A DNA stretch of 29,769 nt from a virus (lineage: Duplodnaviria; Caudoviricetes), in the IMG/VR virus record IMGVR_UViG_3300020557_000020, positions 1-29,769 of that record; one strand, given 5' to 3'. A program made the position numbers and the translations under genes. Of this stretch, positions 16,077 to 24,547 are shown piece by piece (positions within the stretch are counted from its first letter, which is position 1; each line of letters starts with the position of its first letter). The notes under the pieces were generated by a model. It did no database searches and was not told the origin of the DNA. It was given only the letters and a program-made list of their open reading frames with translations.

Positions 16077-16520
16077 ATGATTACTCAAGCACTTTGTACT
16101 TCGGCGAAAGTCGAGTTCCTCAACGGCATTCACGCGTTCGGCACCTCTGTTGTCCGCGCTTCTACCACTGCGGACACTTTCAAGGTCGCTCTGTATACGT
16201 CCTCCGCTACTCTTGGCGCTACGACTACAGAGTACTCGGCAACCAACGAAGTTTCTGGCACTGGATATACGGCGGCGGGTAACACCCTCACCACCGTCGC
16301 GCCGACGTCGTCTGGCACCACTGCGTTCTTGGACTTCAACGACACCACGTGGTCAACCGCTACGATTACCGCAAATGGCGCGTTGATTTACAATAGCACC
16401 CAAGGCAATAAGGCTGTCGCTGTGCTGGCCTTTGGCGGGGACAAAACCTCTACGGCTGGCGATTTCACCATCGTGTTCCCGACCGCCGATAGTAGCAATG
16501 CCATAATTCGGATCAGTTAA
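16077..16520 (+). CDS. putative tail structural protein
   Basis: 147 aa, T/A-rich; 'FKVALYTSSATL', 'GTGYTAAG', 'GALIYNST' and 'GDFTIVFP' segments. Confidence 0.7.
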   Translation: MITQALCTSAKVEFLNGIHAFGTSVVRASTTADTFKVALYTSSATLGATTTEYSATNEVSGTGYTAAGNTLTTVAPTSSGTTAFLDFNDTTWSTATITANGALIYNSTQGNKAVAVLAFGGDKTSTAGDFTIVFPTADSSNAIIRIS

Positions 16521-16577
16521 CGCAATATATTGCGTTAGCCGCATCAGTAGTACCCTACGCCCCTTCCGGGGCGTAGG
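16518..16577. repeat. 20-bp perfect palindrome plus a 10-bp GC hairpin
   Basis: TAACGCAATATATTGCGTTA (16518-16537); CCTACGCCCC-TTCC-GGGGCGTAGG (16554-16577). Confidence 0.85.
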
Positions 16578-16604
16578 AGCTAGTAGTTTATAGGCGGGCA
16601 TTCT

Positions 16605-17516
16605 ATGGGTAGCTGGAGCGAAGGATCGTGGAGCATAGGCGCATGGGGTAACGGCGCTGCGTCTGCTGACGTCTCCGGCGTAGCTGGCACTACAAGTCTT
16701 GGTAACGAGTCTGTAGTAGCTAAAGCTACTATATATCCAACTGGTGTAGTAGGAACGACCGCGATTGGTGACGTGCACATGGCCGTTACGGCCACAGTGT
16801 ATTTAACAGGCGTCGTCGGTACTACGAGCGTTGGTAACGAGAGTGTAACCGCTGGCGCGAAAGCGTATCCGGCAGGCGTAGCTGGTACCACAGGCTTAGG
16901 TAATGAATCTATCGTTGCTAAGGCCAATGTATATCCGTCAGGTGTGGTGGGTACTACAGCGGTCGGCACCGTCAACTATGCAGAAACGTGGACTGGTTGG
17001 GGCTCGGGTCCGTGGAGTCGTGGATCGTGGGGCTCAGATGTTGTTCTCGCGGTGGTGAGCGGTGTATCTGGCTCAGGTGCGGTTGGCGGTGAGAGTGTAA
17101 CCGCTGGCGCGAAAGCGTATCCGGCAGGCGTAGCTAGTACCACAGGCTTAGGTAATGAATCTATCGTTGCTAAGGCTAACGTCACCCCGGTAGGGGTTGT
17201 CGGCACCATAGCCCTTGGCGCAGCGACCGTCGTTGCTAAGGCTAACGTCACCCCGGCAGGCGTAGCTGGTACCTCCGCGCTTGGGGAAGCGACCACGCGT
17301 ACAGATAACCGATTTGGGGTCACGGGGGTTGTTGGTACTACCGCCCTTGGCGCAGCGACCGTCGTTGCTAAGGGCAACGTATGCCTCCTGAGCGTTTATG
17401 GAACAGGTCAGGTGGGGCAGGTGTTAGTTTGGGGCGAGATCGACACATCTCAGACCCCTGTTTGGGGCGAGATCGACACATCTCAGACCCCTAATTGGTT
17501 GAAAATAGCTGCGTAG
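16605..17516 (+). CDS. repetitive G/V/T-rich tail-associated protein
   Basis: About 23-aa repeats 'GVxGTTxLGxxxVxAKAxVxP' and two WG-rich motifs. Confidence 0.7.
   Translation: MGSWSEGSWSIGAWGNGAASADVSGVAGTTSLGNESVVAKATIYPTGVVGTTAIGDVHMAVTATVYLTGVVGTTSVGNESVTAGAKAYPAGVAGTTGLGNESIVAKANVYPSGVVGTTAVGTVNYAETWTGWGSGPWSRGSWGSDVVLAVVSGVSGSGAVGGESVTAGAKAYPAGVASTTGLGNESIVAKANVTPVGVVGTIALGAATVVAKANVTPAGVAGTSALGEATTRTDNRFGVTGVVGTTALGAATVVAKGNVCLLSVYGTGQVGQVLVWGEIDTSQTPVWGEIDTSQTPNWLKIAA
16839..17176 (+). repeat. 86-nt near-identical internal duplication
   Basis: 16839-16924 versus 17091-17176, with one mismatch. Confidence 0.85.
17427..17492 (+). repeat. perfect 33-nt tandem repeat (VWGEIDTSQTP x2)
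   Basis: GTTTGGGGCGAGATCGACACATCTCAGACCCCT occurs twice in tandem. Confidence 0.95.
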
Positions 17517-17524
17517 GAGCGGTA

Positions 17525-17725
17525 ATGATTACTGTAATTGAAGCTACCGATAACGACACCCGGCATGAAGTACAGCTTACATGCGCGGCGTGCGGGTATG
17601 ATCTTGACGAACAAGAGCTTACAACAGATACTTGTGCGGACTGCGGAGCTGCGTTAAACCTAGCGCAGCGTATTAAGATTTACGCAACTTCCGTACCCGC
17701 TGCTAAGGGTGCAGCTACATTTTAA
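17525..17725 (+). CDS. small Zn-ribbon protein
   Basis: CAACG...CADCG; ATG 17525 with SD AGGAG. Confidence 0.65.
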   Translation: MITVIEATDNDTRHEVQLTCAACGYDLDEQELTTDTCADCGAALNLAQRIKIYATSVPAAKGAATF

Positions 17726-17737
17726 CAGGAGTTTTTG

Positions 17738-18475
17738 ATGGCTACTTCATACACTACGATCCTAAAGCTGGCGATGCCAGCTACAGGCGAGCTCTCCGGC
17801 ACGTGGGGCACTGTCGTAAACGACAACGTCACGCAGATGGTTGAGCAGGCCGTTACGGGCCGAGCCGCGATTTCTTCTTGGACGTCTAACTCGCATACCC
17901 TGACTGAAGCAAACGGCACGACCAGCGAGTCACGCTGCGTAATGCTAGACCTGAGCGGTACCCTGACGGCCACGGGCACCGTTGTCGTTCCCGCGAGCTT
18001 TACCAAGATGTACATCGTCCGAAACGGCACAACCGGCGGCTACGCCGTTAACGTGGGCATGGCGACCGGCACTACGGTCACAGTCCCTAACGGAGCTACC
18101 GTCGTTGTCTACGTGGACGGAACCAACGCCAAGTCGGTATCCGCATCTATTACGAGCGGATATGAAGTTAATCTTACAGCTACGGCGGACACGACCGTTA
18201 CGCTTCCTACTACGGGCACGCTGGCTACTCTGGCGGGTACTGAGACGCTGACGAATAAAAACCTAACGTCTGGAACAAATACCTTCCCAACGCTGAACCA
18301 GAATACTACTGGGACCGCAGCTACGGCGGGTGCGCTTGCGAATACAGGGGGTTGGGCTGTTACCCCCAGTGGCACGACGCTGTACTTCGCATACAATGGA
18401 ACCAACGTAGGGTCATTGACTTCCGCTGGTGTATTTACTGTTATTGGCAATGTTGTTGCCAATGGTACTGTTTAA
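17738..18475 (+). CDS. putative tail / tail fibre proximal protein
   Basis: T/G-rich; 'PATGELSGTWG...N.N' segment; SD AGGAG before ATG 17738. Confidence 0.7.
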   Translation: MATSYTTILKLAMPATGELSGTWGTVVNDNVTQMVEQAVTGRAAISSWTSNSHTLTEANGTTSESRCVMLDLSGTLTATGTVVVPASFTKMYIVRNGTTGGYAVNVGMATGTTVTVPNGATVVVYVDGTNAKSVSASITSGYEVNLTATADTTVTLPTTGTLATLAGTETLTNKNLTSGTNTFPTLNQNTTGTAATAGALANTGGWAVTPSGTTLYFAYNGTNVGSLTSAGVFTVIGNVVANGTV

Positions 18476-18485
18476 GGAGTAAAAA

Positions 18486-19019
18486 ATGGCGACATCGTTA
18501 GTAAGTACCGGAGTAGCTTTTCCAGATGGTACAACACAGACTACGGCGGCTGCGGCTTCTTTTGCCTCTGGCACTGTCATGCTGTTTTCGCAGACCTCTG
18601 CGCCTACTGGCTGGACAAAAGACACCACAAACTATAACAACTATGCTTTGCGTGTGGTTACGGGTACGGTTTCAAGTGGTGGTTCTGTTGGTTTCACTAC
18701 TGCGTTTGCTAGTCAAACTCCATCGGGTTCGGTGAGTGTAAATACAAGCGGACTGAGCGCGGGTGCGACAACACTGACTACGGCGCAGATGCCGAGCCAT
18801 ACTCACTCCGCTAGTGTCGGTTGGAACTATAATGGTTCTGGTGGTGGAATTAGGGGCGACTTCCAAACCGGCAGCCCGTTAGCCGGTTATGTATTTGCAA
18901 CAGGCGGTGGTGGCTCTCACTCGCACTCAATGTCTGGTTCAGCATCCGCAACATTCTCTGGTTCCGCGATGAACTTGGCTGTGCAGTATGTCGATATTAT
19001 CCGTGCAACCAAGGATTGA
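18486..19019 (+). CDS. tail fibre protein (collar-like)
   Basis: 'FPDGTTQTTA', 'GTVMLFSQTSAPTGWTK', 'TLTTAQMPSHTH' and 'GGGGSHSH' motifs typical of phage fibres. Confidence 0.8.
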   Translation: MATSLVSTGVAFPDGTTQTTAAAASFASGTVMLFSQTSAPTGWTKDTTNYNNYALRVVTGTVSSGGSVGFTTAFASQTPSGSVSVNTSGLSAGATTLTTAQMPSHTHSASVGWNYNGSGGGIRGDFQTGSPLAGYVFATGGGGSHSHSMSGSASATFSGSAMNLAVQYVDIIRATKD

Positions 19020-19315
19020 TCGTGAAGCTTGAAGCGAAAGCAAACTGCCCACTAAACGGATTCCAGCAGTGTAAACAACTGGATTGCGCGTGGTTTTTGC
19101 AGATTCAAGGCAAGAACCCTAATACTGGTGAAGAAGTTAACGATTGGGGCTGCTCAATGGCGTGGCTACCGATGTTACTTATTGAGAACAGTATGCAGCA
19201 AAGGCAAACAGGCGCGGCTGTTGAGTCATTCCGAAACGAGATGGTGCGATCCAACGAGGAAGCAAGCGCAATGCTGCTTTCTGGTAAGACAATGTTCATA
19301 GGAGAACAAGCATGA
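19016..19315 (+). CDS. Cys-rich hypothetical protein next to the tail fibre
   Basis: 'CPL..FQQCKQLDCAWF...WGCSMAWLP'; the likely start is GTG 19022. Confidence 0.7.
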   Translation: MIVKLEAKANCPLNGFQQCKQLDCAWFLQIQGKNPNTGEEVNDWGCSMAWLPMLLIENSMQQRQTGAAVESFRNEMVRSNEEASAMLLSGKTMFIGEQA

Positions 19316-19614
19316 AATTTACGATTATCCCTGACGACGGATTTGTTAGTGTTGATGGTATTGGGTATTCCGATTTGGCTATTAGTATTGACCCGTCTAT
19401 CCATGCTGTGCAGTGGTATGGAGAGTTTGGTGAGATTGAGTACCGCTCCGTATTTGACGGCAGCATCATTACGAAACCGCAAAACGAGACTATTACTGGT
19501 AGTGCGCGGTTCCAATCGGTGCTGGATGTATGGAGTCTGGCGCACGAAGAAGCAATGCACCCAACGCCTGCCCCCCCTGCCGCTACTGATCCAACCCCAT
19601 TGCCTGTAACCTAA
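19312..19614 (+). CDS. putative tail fibre assembly-like protein
   Basis: 100 aa; 'IHAVQWYGEFGEIEY' segment; SD GGAG; follows the fibre gene. Confidence 0.55.
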   Translation: MKFTIIPDDGFVSVDGIGYSDLAISIDPSIHAVQWYGEFGEIEYRSVFDGSIITKPQNETITGSARFQSVLDVWSLAHEEAMHPTPAPPAATDPTPLPVT

Positions 19615-19625
19615 AGGCTTGCGCC

Positions 19626-20375
19626 ATGAGTATATTGGTGTGTGGCGGCTATGGAGACCAAGGCAAGATTGTAAACTTGCGTGGTGGCACCGTCTTCAAC
19701 ACCAAAGGCGAGGTTTACGTCAAAAAGAACGGGTTGGTGTCTATCCGGCAACCAAGTGTAATTGCCAACGATAGCCATTATGTTAAGTTAGATGCGTCAT
19801 CGGACCCGCACGACATATTTGGAAACAGCATCGTGTCTTCTGGTAACGACGTTGTGTACACCGTTGATCCCGATCTGAAGCTTGTTGAGCATTATGCGTT
19901 TGGAAAAGCCGGGTATAGGCACCATGTCAATGATGTGGTTGAGTATAATGGCGGTTTGATCTATACGCTTTTCAGTATAAATGGGTTGAAGGCTTGTGAT
20001 TTCCATGAGGAAAATTGGCGCGGCGCTGGCGGTGTGTTAAAAAGCGCAAGCGGCAGAATATCACCAAAAGACGACGAAGTTCTAATTCGTGGGTTATCTG
20101 GTCCGCACTCGCCGGTCATGTGGGGCGGCAAACTCTACTACTGTAACTCCATGTTGGGCGAGTTGTGTTGCGACGGCGAGGTTGTGTATAAGCACGATGG
20201 TGTTGACCAATGGACTCGTGGCTTACTCATCACCGAAGACTCAATATACGTTGGTGTCACCAAGTCTCTAACTGGAACAGATGGTTGTGTAGTGGTTGTT
20301 CTTGACCACAACTACGCTGTCAAAGAGAAGATAGTTGTTCAGTTAACCCGTATAAACAGTATTGTGGTTGAGTAG
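19626..20375 (+). CDS. beta-propeller protein, DUF4915-like
   Basis: 'HHVNDV', 'GLSGPHSPVMWGGKLYYCNSMLGEL' and 'WTRGLLITEDSIYVG' segments. Confidence 0.6.
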   Translation: MSILVCGGYGDQGKIVNLRGGTVFNTKGEVYVKKNGLVSIRQPSVIANDSHYVKLDASSDPHDIFGNSIVSSGNDVVYTVDPDLKLVEHYAFGKAGYRHHVNDVVEYNGGLIYTLFSINGLKACDFHEENWRGAGGVLKSASGRISPKDDEVLIRGLSGPHSPVMWGGKLYYCNSMLGELCCDGEVVYKHDGVDQWTRGLLITEDSIYVGVTKSLTGTDGCVVVVLDHNYAVKEKIVVQLTRINSIVVE

Positions 20376-21113
20376 ATGAGCTTTACTGTATCCATTTCGG
20401 CTAGGGGTAAAAATAGCGCCCAAGGCGTTGGGCGATTTCTGAGCCAGCACTACAATAAATACGCAGGCAAAGTTGATTCTGTATTTGGATTTGCCGAACA
20501 TTGTCACTTATATGGTGGCAGGCCGTTTAATGGTAGAGAATTATCAGAAGATGACGTTAGATGGTTGCAGTCTTCCAGCATTGGCTTTCGGATTCCGATG
20601 CAAAACACTGTGGCTGGCAAAGCTGAGTATGAAAAATCTAAACCTTTCCTTGAGAAGTATCATACGGAAGGCAACAGCGTCATTCTTGCGCGAAAACGAT
20701 TTGCAGAATGGATACGTCGAGACTTTCCTCTGTACCACTTAGAGGCGTCTGTTGTCTCGAAAATAGGCAGTGTAGATAGACTACTCGGCAGCCTCGATTA
20801 CTATGACACAGTGGTGCCAGACCCTTATTGGGCAAACGACAATATAGAGTCAATCCCAGAAACAGTTCGTGATAGAGTAAGGCTGTTCATTAACGCTGGG
20901 TGTATGTACAAATGCCCGAATAGGGTGTGCTACACTGAGTTCAGCAAGTCAAACAGTGCTTCTAAACTCGCTCGCGGCCCTTCGTGCAGTTCACAGATCA
21001 GTGACTATAGGCATATTGGAACCATGTATGATTTTGACATCGACAGATTCTTGCAGCTAGGATACAGCAAGTTTAAGGCACTAAGAGAGAATCATTTTGG
21101 GACTGGTTATTAA
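20376..21113 (+). CDS. divergent peptidase U32-like (putative Fe-S) protein
   Basis: 'IRRDFPLYHLEASVV', 'YDTVVPD' and 'VRLFINAGCMYKCPNRVC...C' segments. Confidence 0.5.
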   Translation: MSFTVSISARGKNSAQGVGRFLSQHYNKYAGKVDSVFGFAEHCHLYGGRPFNGRELSEDDVRWLQSSSIGFRIPMQNTVAGKAEYEKSKPFLEKYHTEGNSVILARKRFAEWIRRDFPLYHLEASVVSKIGSVDRLLGSLDYYDTVVPDPYWANDNIESIPETVRDRVRLFINAGCMYKCPNRVCYTEFSKSNSASKLARGPSCSSQISDYRHIGTMYDFDIDRFLQLGYSKFKALRENHFGTGY

Positions 21114-21123
21114 GGACTTGAAT

Positions 21124-21366
21124 ATGGATCAAACTTTACTCAACATCGTTTTTAGTGGTGGTATGGCTGTTCTTGGTTGGTTAGGTAAGACTATCTGGGA
21201 AGCCAACAAGGAACTCCGTGCTGACCTATCAAAACTCCGCGAAGAACTTCCCATCGACTATGTACGCAAAGAGGACATCGAGAAGCGCTTCGACAAGATC
21301 GACATGATCTTGCATCGCATCTACGAGAAACTCGACAACAAGGCAGACAAACATGATGCCCGGTGA
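21124..21366 (+). CDS. small membrane-anchored coiled-coil protein (holin/antiholin-like)
   Basis: N-terminal TM segment 'LLNIVFSGGMAVLGWLG' followed by a charged coiled-coil; ATG 21124. Confidence 0.6.
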   Translation: MDQTLLNIVFSGGMAVLGWLGKTIWEANKELRADLSKLREELPIDYVRKEDIEKRFDKIDMILHRIYEKLDNKADKHDAR

Positions 21367-21439
21367 CATCCTAGCCATCACCCTTATCCTCGCTATTATG
21401 TGGGGTATCTGGCGCGGAGTCTTTGGTGATGACGACTAG
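21353..21439 (+). CDS. 28-aa single-TM peptide (not in the ORF track)
   Basis: MMPGDILAITLILAIMWGIWRGVFGDDD*; fills the gap between two overlapping ORFs. Confidence 0.4.
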   Translation: MMPGDILAITLILAIMWGIWRGVFGDDD

Positions 21440-21608
21440 CGTATCGCTCTGCCAATCCTGCCAGCACTCCGAGGTCGTGGTGGAGGTGCTGAAGCATAAG
21501 GTCGTCGAGTACAAATCCTGCGACTACTGGCATCAGTGGTACAACAAAATTACGAAACCCGCGCAATGCCGCGACTACACTCCATTAGAGGATGGTGAAA
21601 AATCATGA
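21423..21608 (+). CDS. small Cys-containing hypothetical protein
   Basis: CQSC...C...C; start probably ATG 21429. Confidence 0.5.
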   Translation: MVMTTSVSLCQSCQHSEVVVEVLKHKVVEYKSCDYWHQWYNKITKPAQCRDYTPLEDGEKS

Positions 21609-21781
21609 TACCGCTACCAATTTTGGTTATGCTGGCCAATTTTACGGGAAATCCTATTATTGTGACGATCATACCGATGCAGTCCCCCCGCATCGAGATC
21701 CGGTCCCCCTTTCCCGTCCCCGCCGTCCAGAGCGCAGTCGAGCCGGTGGGTAATTGCTACTCCCTCATTTGCAAAGCATAG
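21605..21781 (+). CDS. 58-aa hypothetical protein (not in the ORF track)
   Basis: ATGA overlap with the previous stop; reads MIPLPILVMLANF...CYSLICKA*. Confidence 0.35.
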   Translation: MIPLPILVMLANFTGNPIIVTIIPMQSPRIEIRSPFPVPAVQSAVEPVGNCYSLICKA

Positions 21782-21789
21782 GAGGCGTC

Positions 21790-22254
21790 ATGGTTGAGAG
21801 TTTATTGGGTGGTTTGTTAGGTGGTGTCTTCCGCATTGTCCCCGAGTTCCTGAAAATCTGGGACGCCAAGGATTCCCGCAAGCACGAGCTTGCGATGCTC
21901 GATAAAGAGATGGATTTCGCCAAGCTCCGCGCTGAACAGGCCATGCACACGGTTGATGCTGAGGTAGATAAGGCGCACCTTGAAGCTCTTGGGTCGGCGC
22001 TGGATGGTCAGGCGAAGATGGCTGTGGCTGGTGGAAAAGTGGCGGCCTTCCTGTCGGCGCTGGTGCGGCCCCTCGTGACCTACTGGTTCGTCGTGCTCTA
22101 CTCCTCAGTTAAGATCGCCATGATGATCGTGGCCTATGAGCAGAGTGCAGATTGGAAGGCTGTGCTGATTGAGTCGTGGAACCCGGAGGATATGGGAATC
22201 TTCTCTGGCATCATTACGTTCTGGTTCGTGTCTCGGAGCTTTGATCGCAAATGA
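21790..22254 (+). CDS. holin-like membrane protein
   Basis: SD GGAGG before ATG 21790; hydrophobic segments 'VRPLVTYWFV' and 'IITFWFVSRSFDRK'; directly upstream of the lysozyme. Confidence 0.7.
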   Translation: MVESLLGGLLGGVFRIVPEFLKIWDAKDSRKHELAMLDKEMDFAKLRAEQAMHTVDAEVDKAHLEALGSALDGQAKMAVAGGKVAAFLSALVRPLVTYWFVVLYSSVKIAMMIVAYEQSADWKAVLIESWNPEDMGIFSGIITFWFVSRSFDRK

Positions 22255-22697
22255 CCGCCGTCGAGCACGCTGCCTCCCTGTGCCGTGTTTTTGAGGGCTA
22301 CCGTAGCGCCCCATATTTGTGTCCTGCGGGTGTTCCGACGATTGGCTACGGCTCCACGCACTATCCTTCAGGTAAGTCTGTGAAGCTCTCCGACGCGCCC
22401 GTATCGAAGGAGCAAGCAGAAACGCTGCTCATGTACGAACTCTCAAAAATCGAGCCGTGGGTCGTGGCGCTGTGCCCTACGCTGACGGATGTACATCGCC
22501 GTGCCGCAATTTTAGATTGGGTGTATAATCTAGGTGTTGGGCGTCTTCGTGCTAGTACGATGCGGAAACGGATCAACGAACGAGACTGGGAAGCCACTCG
22601 CAGAGAACTTTTACGATGGGATAAGGCCGGTGGTAAAGTATTGCCGGGCCTCACCAAGCGCCGCGCAGCAGAGGCGCTCCTTCTACGAGGCGAGTGA
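22251..22697 (+). CDS. endolysin, GH24 phage lysozyme
   Basis: 'FEGYRSAPYLCPAGVPTIGYGST', 'YNLG', and 'WDKAGGKVLPGLTKRRAAE'. Confidence 0.93.
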   Translation: MTAVEHAASLCRVFEGYRSAPYLCPAGVPTIGYGSTHYPSGKSVKLSDAPVSKEQAETLLMYELSKIEPWVVALCPTLTDVHRRAAILDWVYNLGVGRLRASTMRKRINERDWEATRRELLRWDKAGGKVLPGLTKRRAAEALLLRGE

Positions 22698-24547
22698 TGT
22701 TACAGAAGCTCCAGTTAAAACCGGGTATCAACCGTGAAGGGACCAACTACTCCAACGAGGGTGGGTACTGGGCCTGCGACAAAGTACGCTTCCGCTCCGG
22801 CTACCCCGAGAAAATCGGGGGTTGGACGCTGTACTCCGCTAATGAGTTTTGGGGTGTTGCGCGCTCGATGCTCCCGTTCCAGTGCCAGTGCGGCGCCACG
22901 CTGACGGGGCTGGGTACTAACCTTAAGTTCTACGTCGAGTTCGGTTCTGCGTTTTACGACATCACGCCTCTCGCGGATACCAACACGCTAGGTGCAAACC
23001 CGTTTACAGGGGATGGGACTGCGACGGTCGTAGTCACGGACGCTGGGCGGACGGTTGGCACGGGGGATTTCGTTACGTTTAGTGGCGTTACTGGCGCCTA
23101 CGCTGGCGTGCTGAACGGCGAGTTTAAGGTCACGTATATCAGCGCGTCAACTTATTCAATCACCGCAAGCTCCGCAGTCGCCGCTGGAGCGACGGGGGGC
23201 TCCGCTGTTTCGGCGGCATACCAAGTGTCTGTGGGCGGTTCGATTTACACGCAGGGCACCGGCTGGGGCGCGGGTACGTGGGCGCGGGGTACTTGGGGAT
23301 CGGCAACATCGGTAGGCATCGACCTTCAGCTCCGACTGTGGTCGATTGATAACTACGGGGACGCGCTCGTTTTCGGGCCTCGTGGTGGGGGTCTGTACTA
23401 CTGGGACTACAACGCGGGCGTTGGCCTTACCACGCGGGGCGAGCTGATATCGGGCATGGTTGGCGCGAACGCGGTTCCTACGTACCAGAATGAGATTCTG
23501 GTATCCGACCAGTCGCGGTTTGTCATCACGTTGGGGTCTAACGATTTCGGTTCAGCGGATGCTAATCCCATGCTGGTGCGCTGGTCTGACCAAGAGAACT
23601 ACCTAGAGTGGGAGCCGATGGCGACGACGCAAGCGGGCAGTCAGATTTTGAGTATCGGGTCCCAGCTTATTACTGCGCGGCAAACGCGGCAGGAAATCGT
23701 GATCTGGTCAGACGCCGCTGTGTTCGCTATGCAGTACTTAGGGCCGCCGTATGTTTTCGGTTTTACGACGCTGGCGGACAACACCTCTATCGCAGGGCCG
23801 AACGCGGCTGTGGTGGTCAACAACATTGCGTACTGGATGGGTACAGACAAGTTCTATTTGTACAGCGGTAAAGTCGATGTGCTAGCGTCTACGCTGCGCT
23901 CCTACGTGTTTAACGACTTTAATGCAGCACAGGCGTGGCAAGTAACGGCGGGCGTCGTTAACCAGTATAGCGAGATATGGTGGTTCTATTGCTCCGCTAA
24001 TTCAAACTATATCGACCGTTACGTGGTGTACAATTACCTGGATAACGTCTGGTACAACGGAAGCATGGATCGGTTCGCGTGGGTAGACTCCGGACTCAAG
24101 CAGTTCCCCCTGTCTACGGTGTACGACGAGGCGACGGAGAAGGGGCAGATTTACGCGCAAGAATATGGGTTCGACGATTTCACAACCGCCCCGGCCACTC
24201 CAATCGAGGCATACATCGACTCTTCCGACTTTGACATCGGCGAAGGTGATAATTTTGGCCTTGTGAACCGTATTATCCCTGACATTGGGTTCGACGGCTC
24301 TACGGGAACCAGCCCTACGGTTAACATGACGCTCTACCCACGTCGGTTTCCGGGTTCGGCTTACGGTGCGGAGGACGAGACCAGTGTCGTACGGAGCCAG
24401 ACGGTGCCAGTTGAGCAGTATACGGAACAGGTATTCGTGCGCGTGCGTGGCCGCCAGATGAGGTTCCGTATTTCATCCAACGGCCTTGGGGTTACATGGC
24501 AGCTTGGTATGCCGCGCATCCAGATGCGGCCAGACGGGCGTAAGTAA
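22694..24547 (+). CDS. tail tube/nozzle (stabilisation) protein
   Basis: 617 aa, beta-rich; 'KPGINRE', 'VRWSDQE', 'YWMG..KFY.Y.G' and terminal 'RPDGRK' segments; start probably ATG 22697. Confidence 0.7.
   Translation: MMLQKLQLKPGINREGTNYSNEGGYWACDKVRFRSGYPEKIGGWTLYSANEFWGVARSMLPFQCQCGATLTGLGTNLKFYVEFGSAFYDITPLADTNTLGANPFTGDGTATVVVTDAGRTVGTGDFVTFSGVTGAYAGVLNGEFKVTYISASTYSITASSAVAAGATGGSAVSAAYQVSVGGSIYTQGTGWGAGTWARGTWGSATSVGIDLQLRLWSIDNYGDALVFGPRGGGLYYWDYNAGVGLTTRGELISGMVGANAVPTYQNEILVSDQSRFVITLGSNDFGSADANPMLVRWSDQENYLEWEPMATTQAGSQILSIGSQLITARQTRQEIVIWSDAAVFAMQYLGPPYVFGFTTLADNTSIAGPNAAVVVNNIAYWMGTDKFYLYSGKVDVLASTLRSYVFNDFNAAQAWQVTAGVVNQYSEIWWFYCSANSNYIDRYVVYNYLDNVWYNGSMDRFAWVDSGLKQFPLSTVYDEATEKGQIYAQEYGFDDFTTAPATPIEAYIDSSDFDIGEGDNFGLVNRIIPDIGFDGSTGTSPTVNMTLYPRRFPGSAYGAEDETSVVRSQTVPVEQYTEQVFVRVRGRQMRFRISSNGLGVTWQLGMPRIQMRPDGRK

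Noticed and set aside
16839-17492. Repeats as a CRISPR array or a DGR template/variable pair
   Set aside because: In-frame coding repeats without spacers, only one mismatch, and no cas or reverse transcriptase gene in the window
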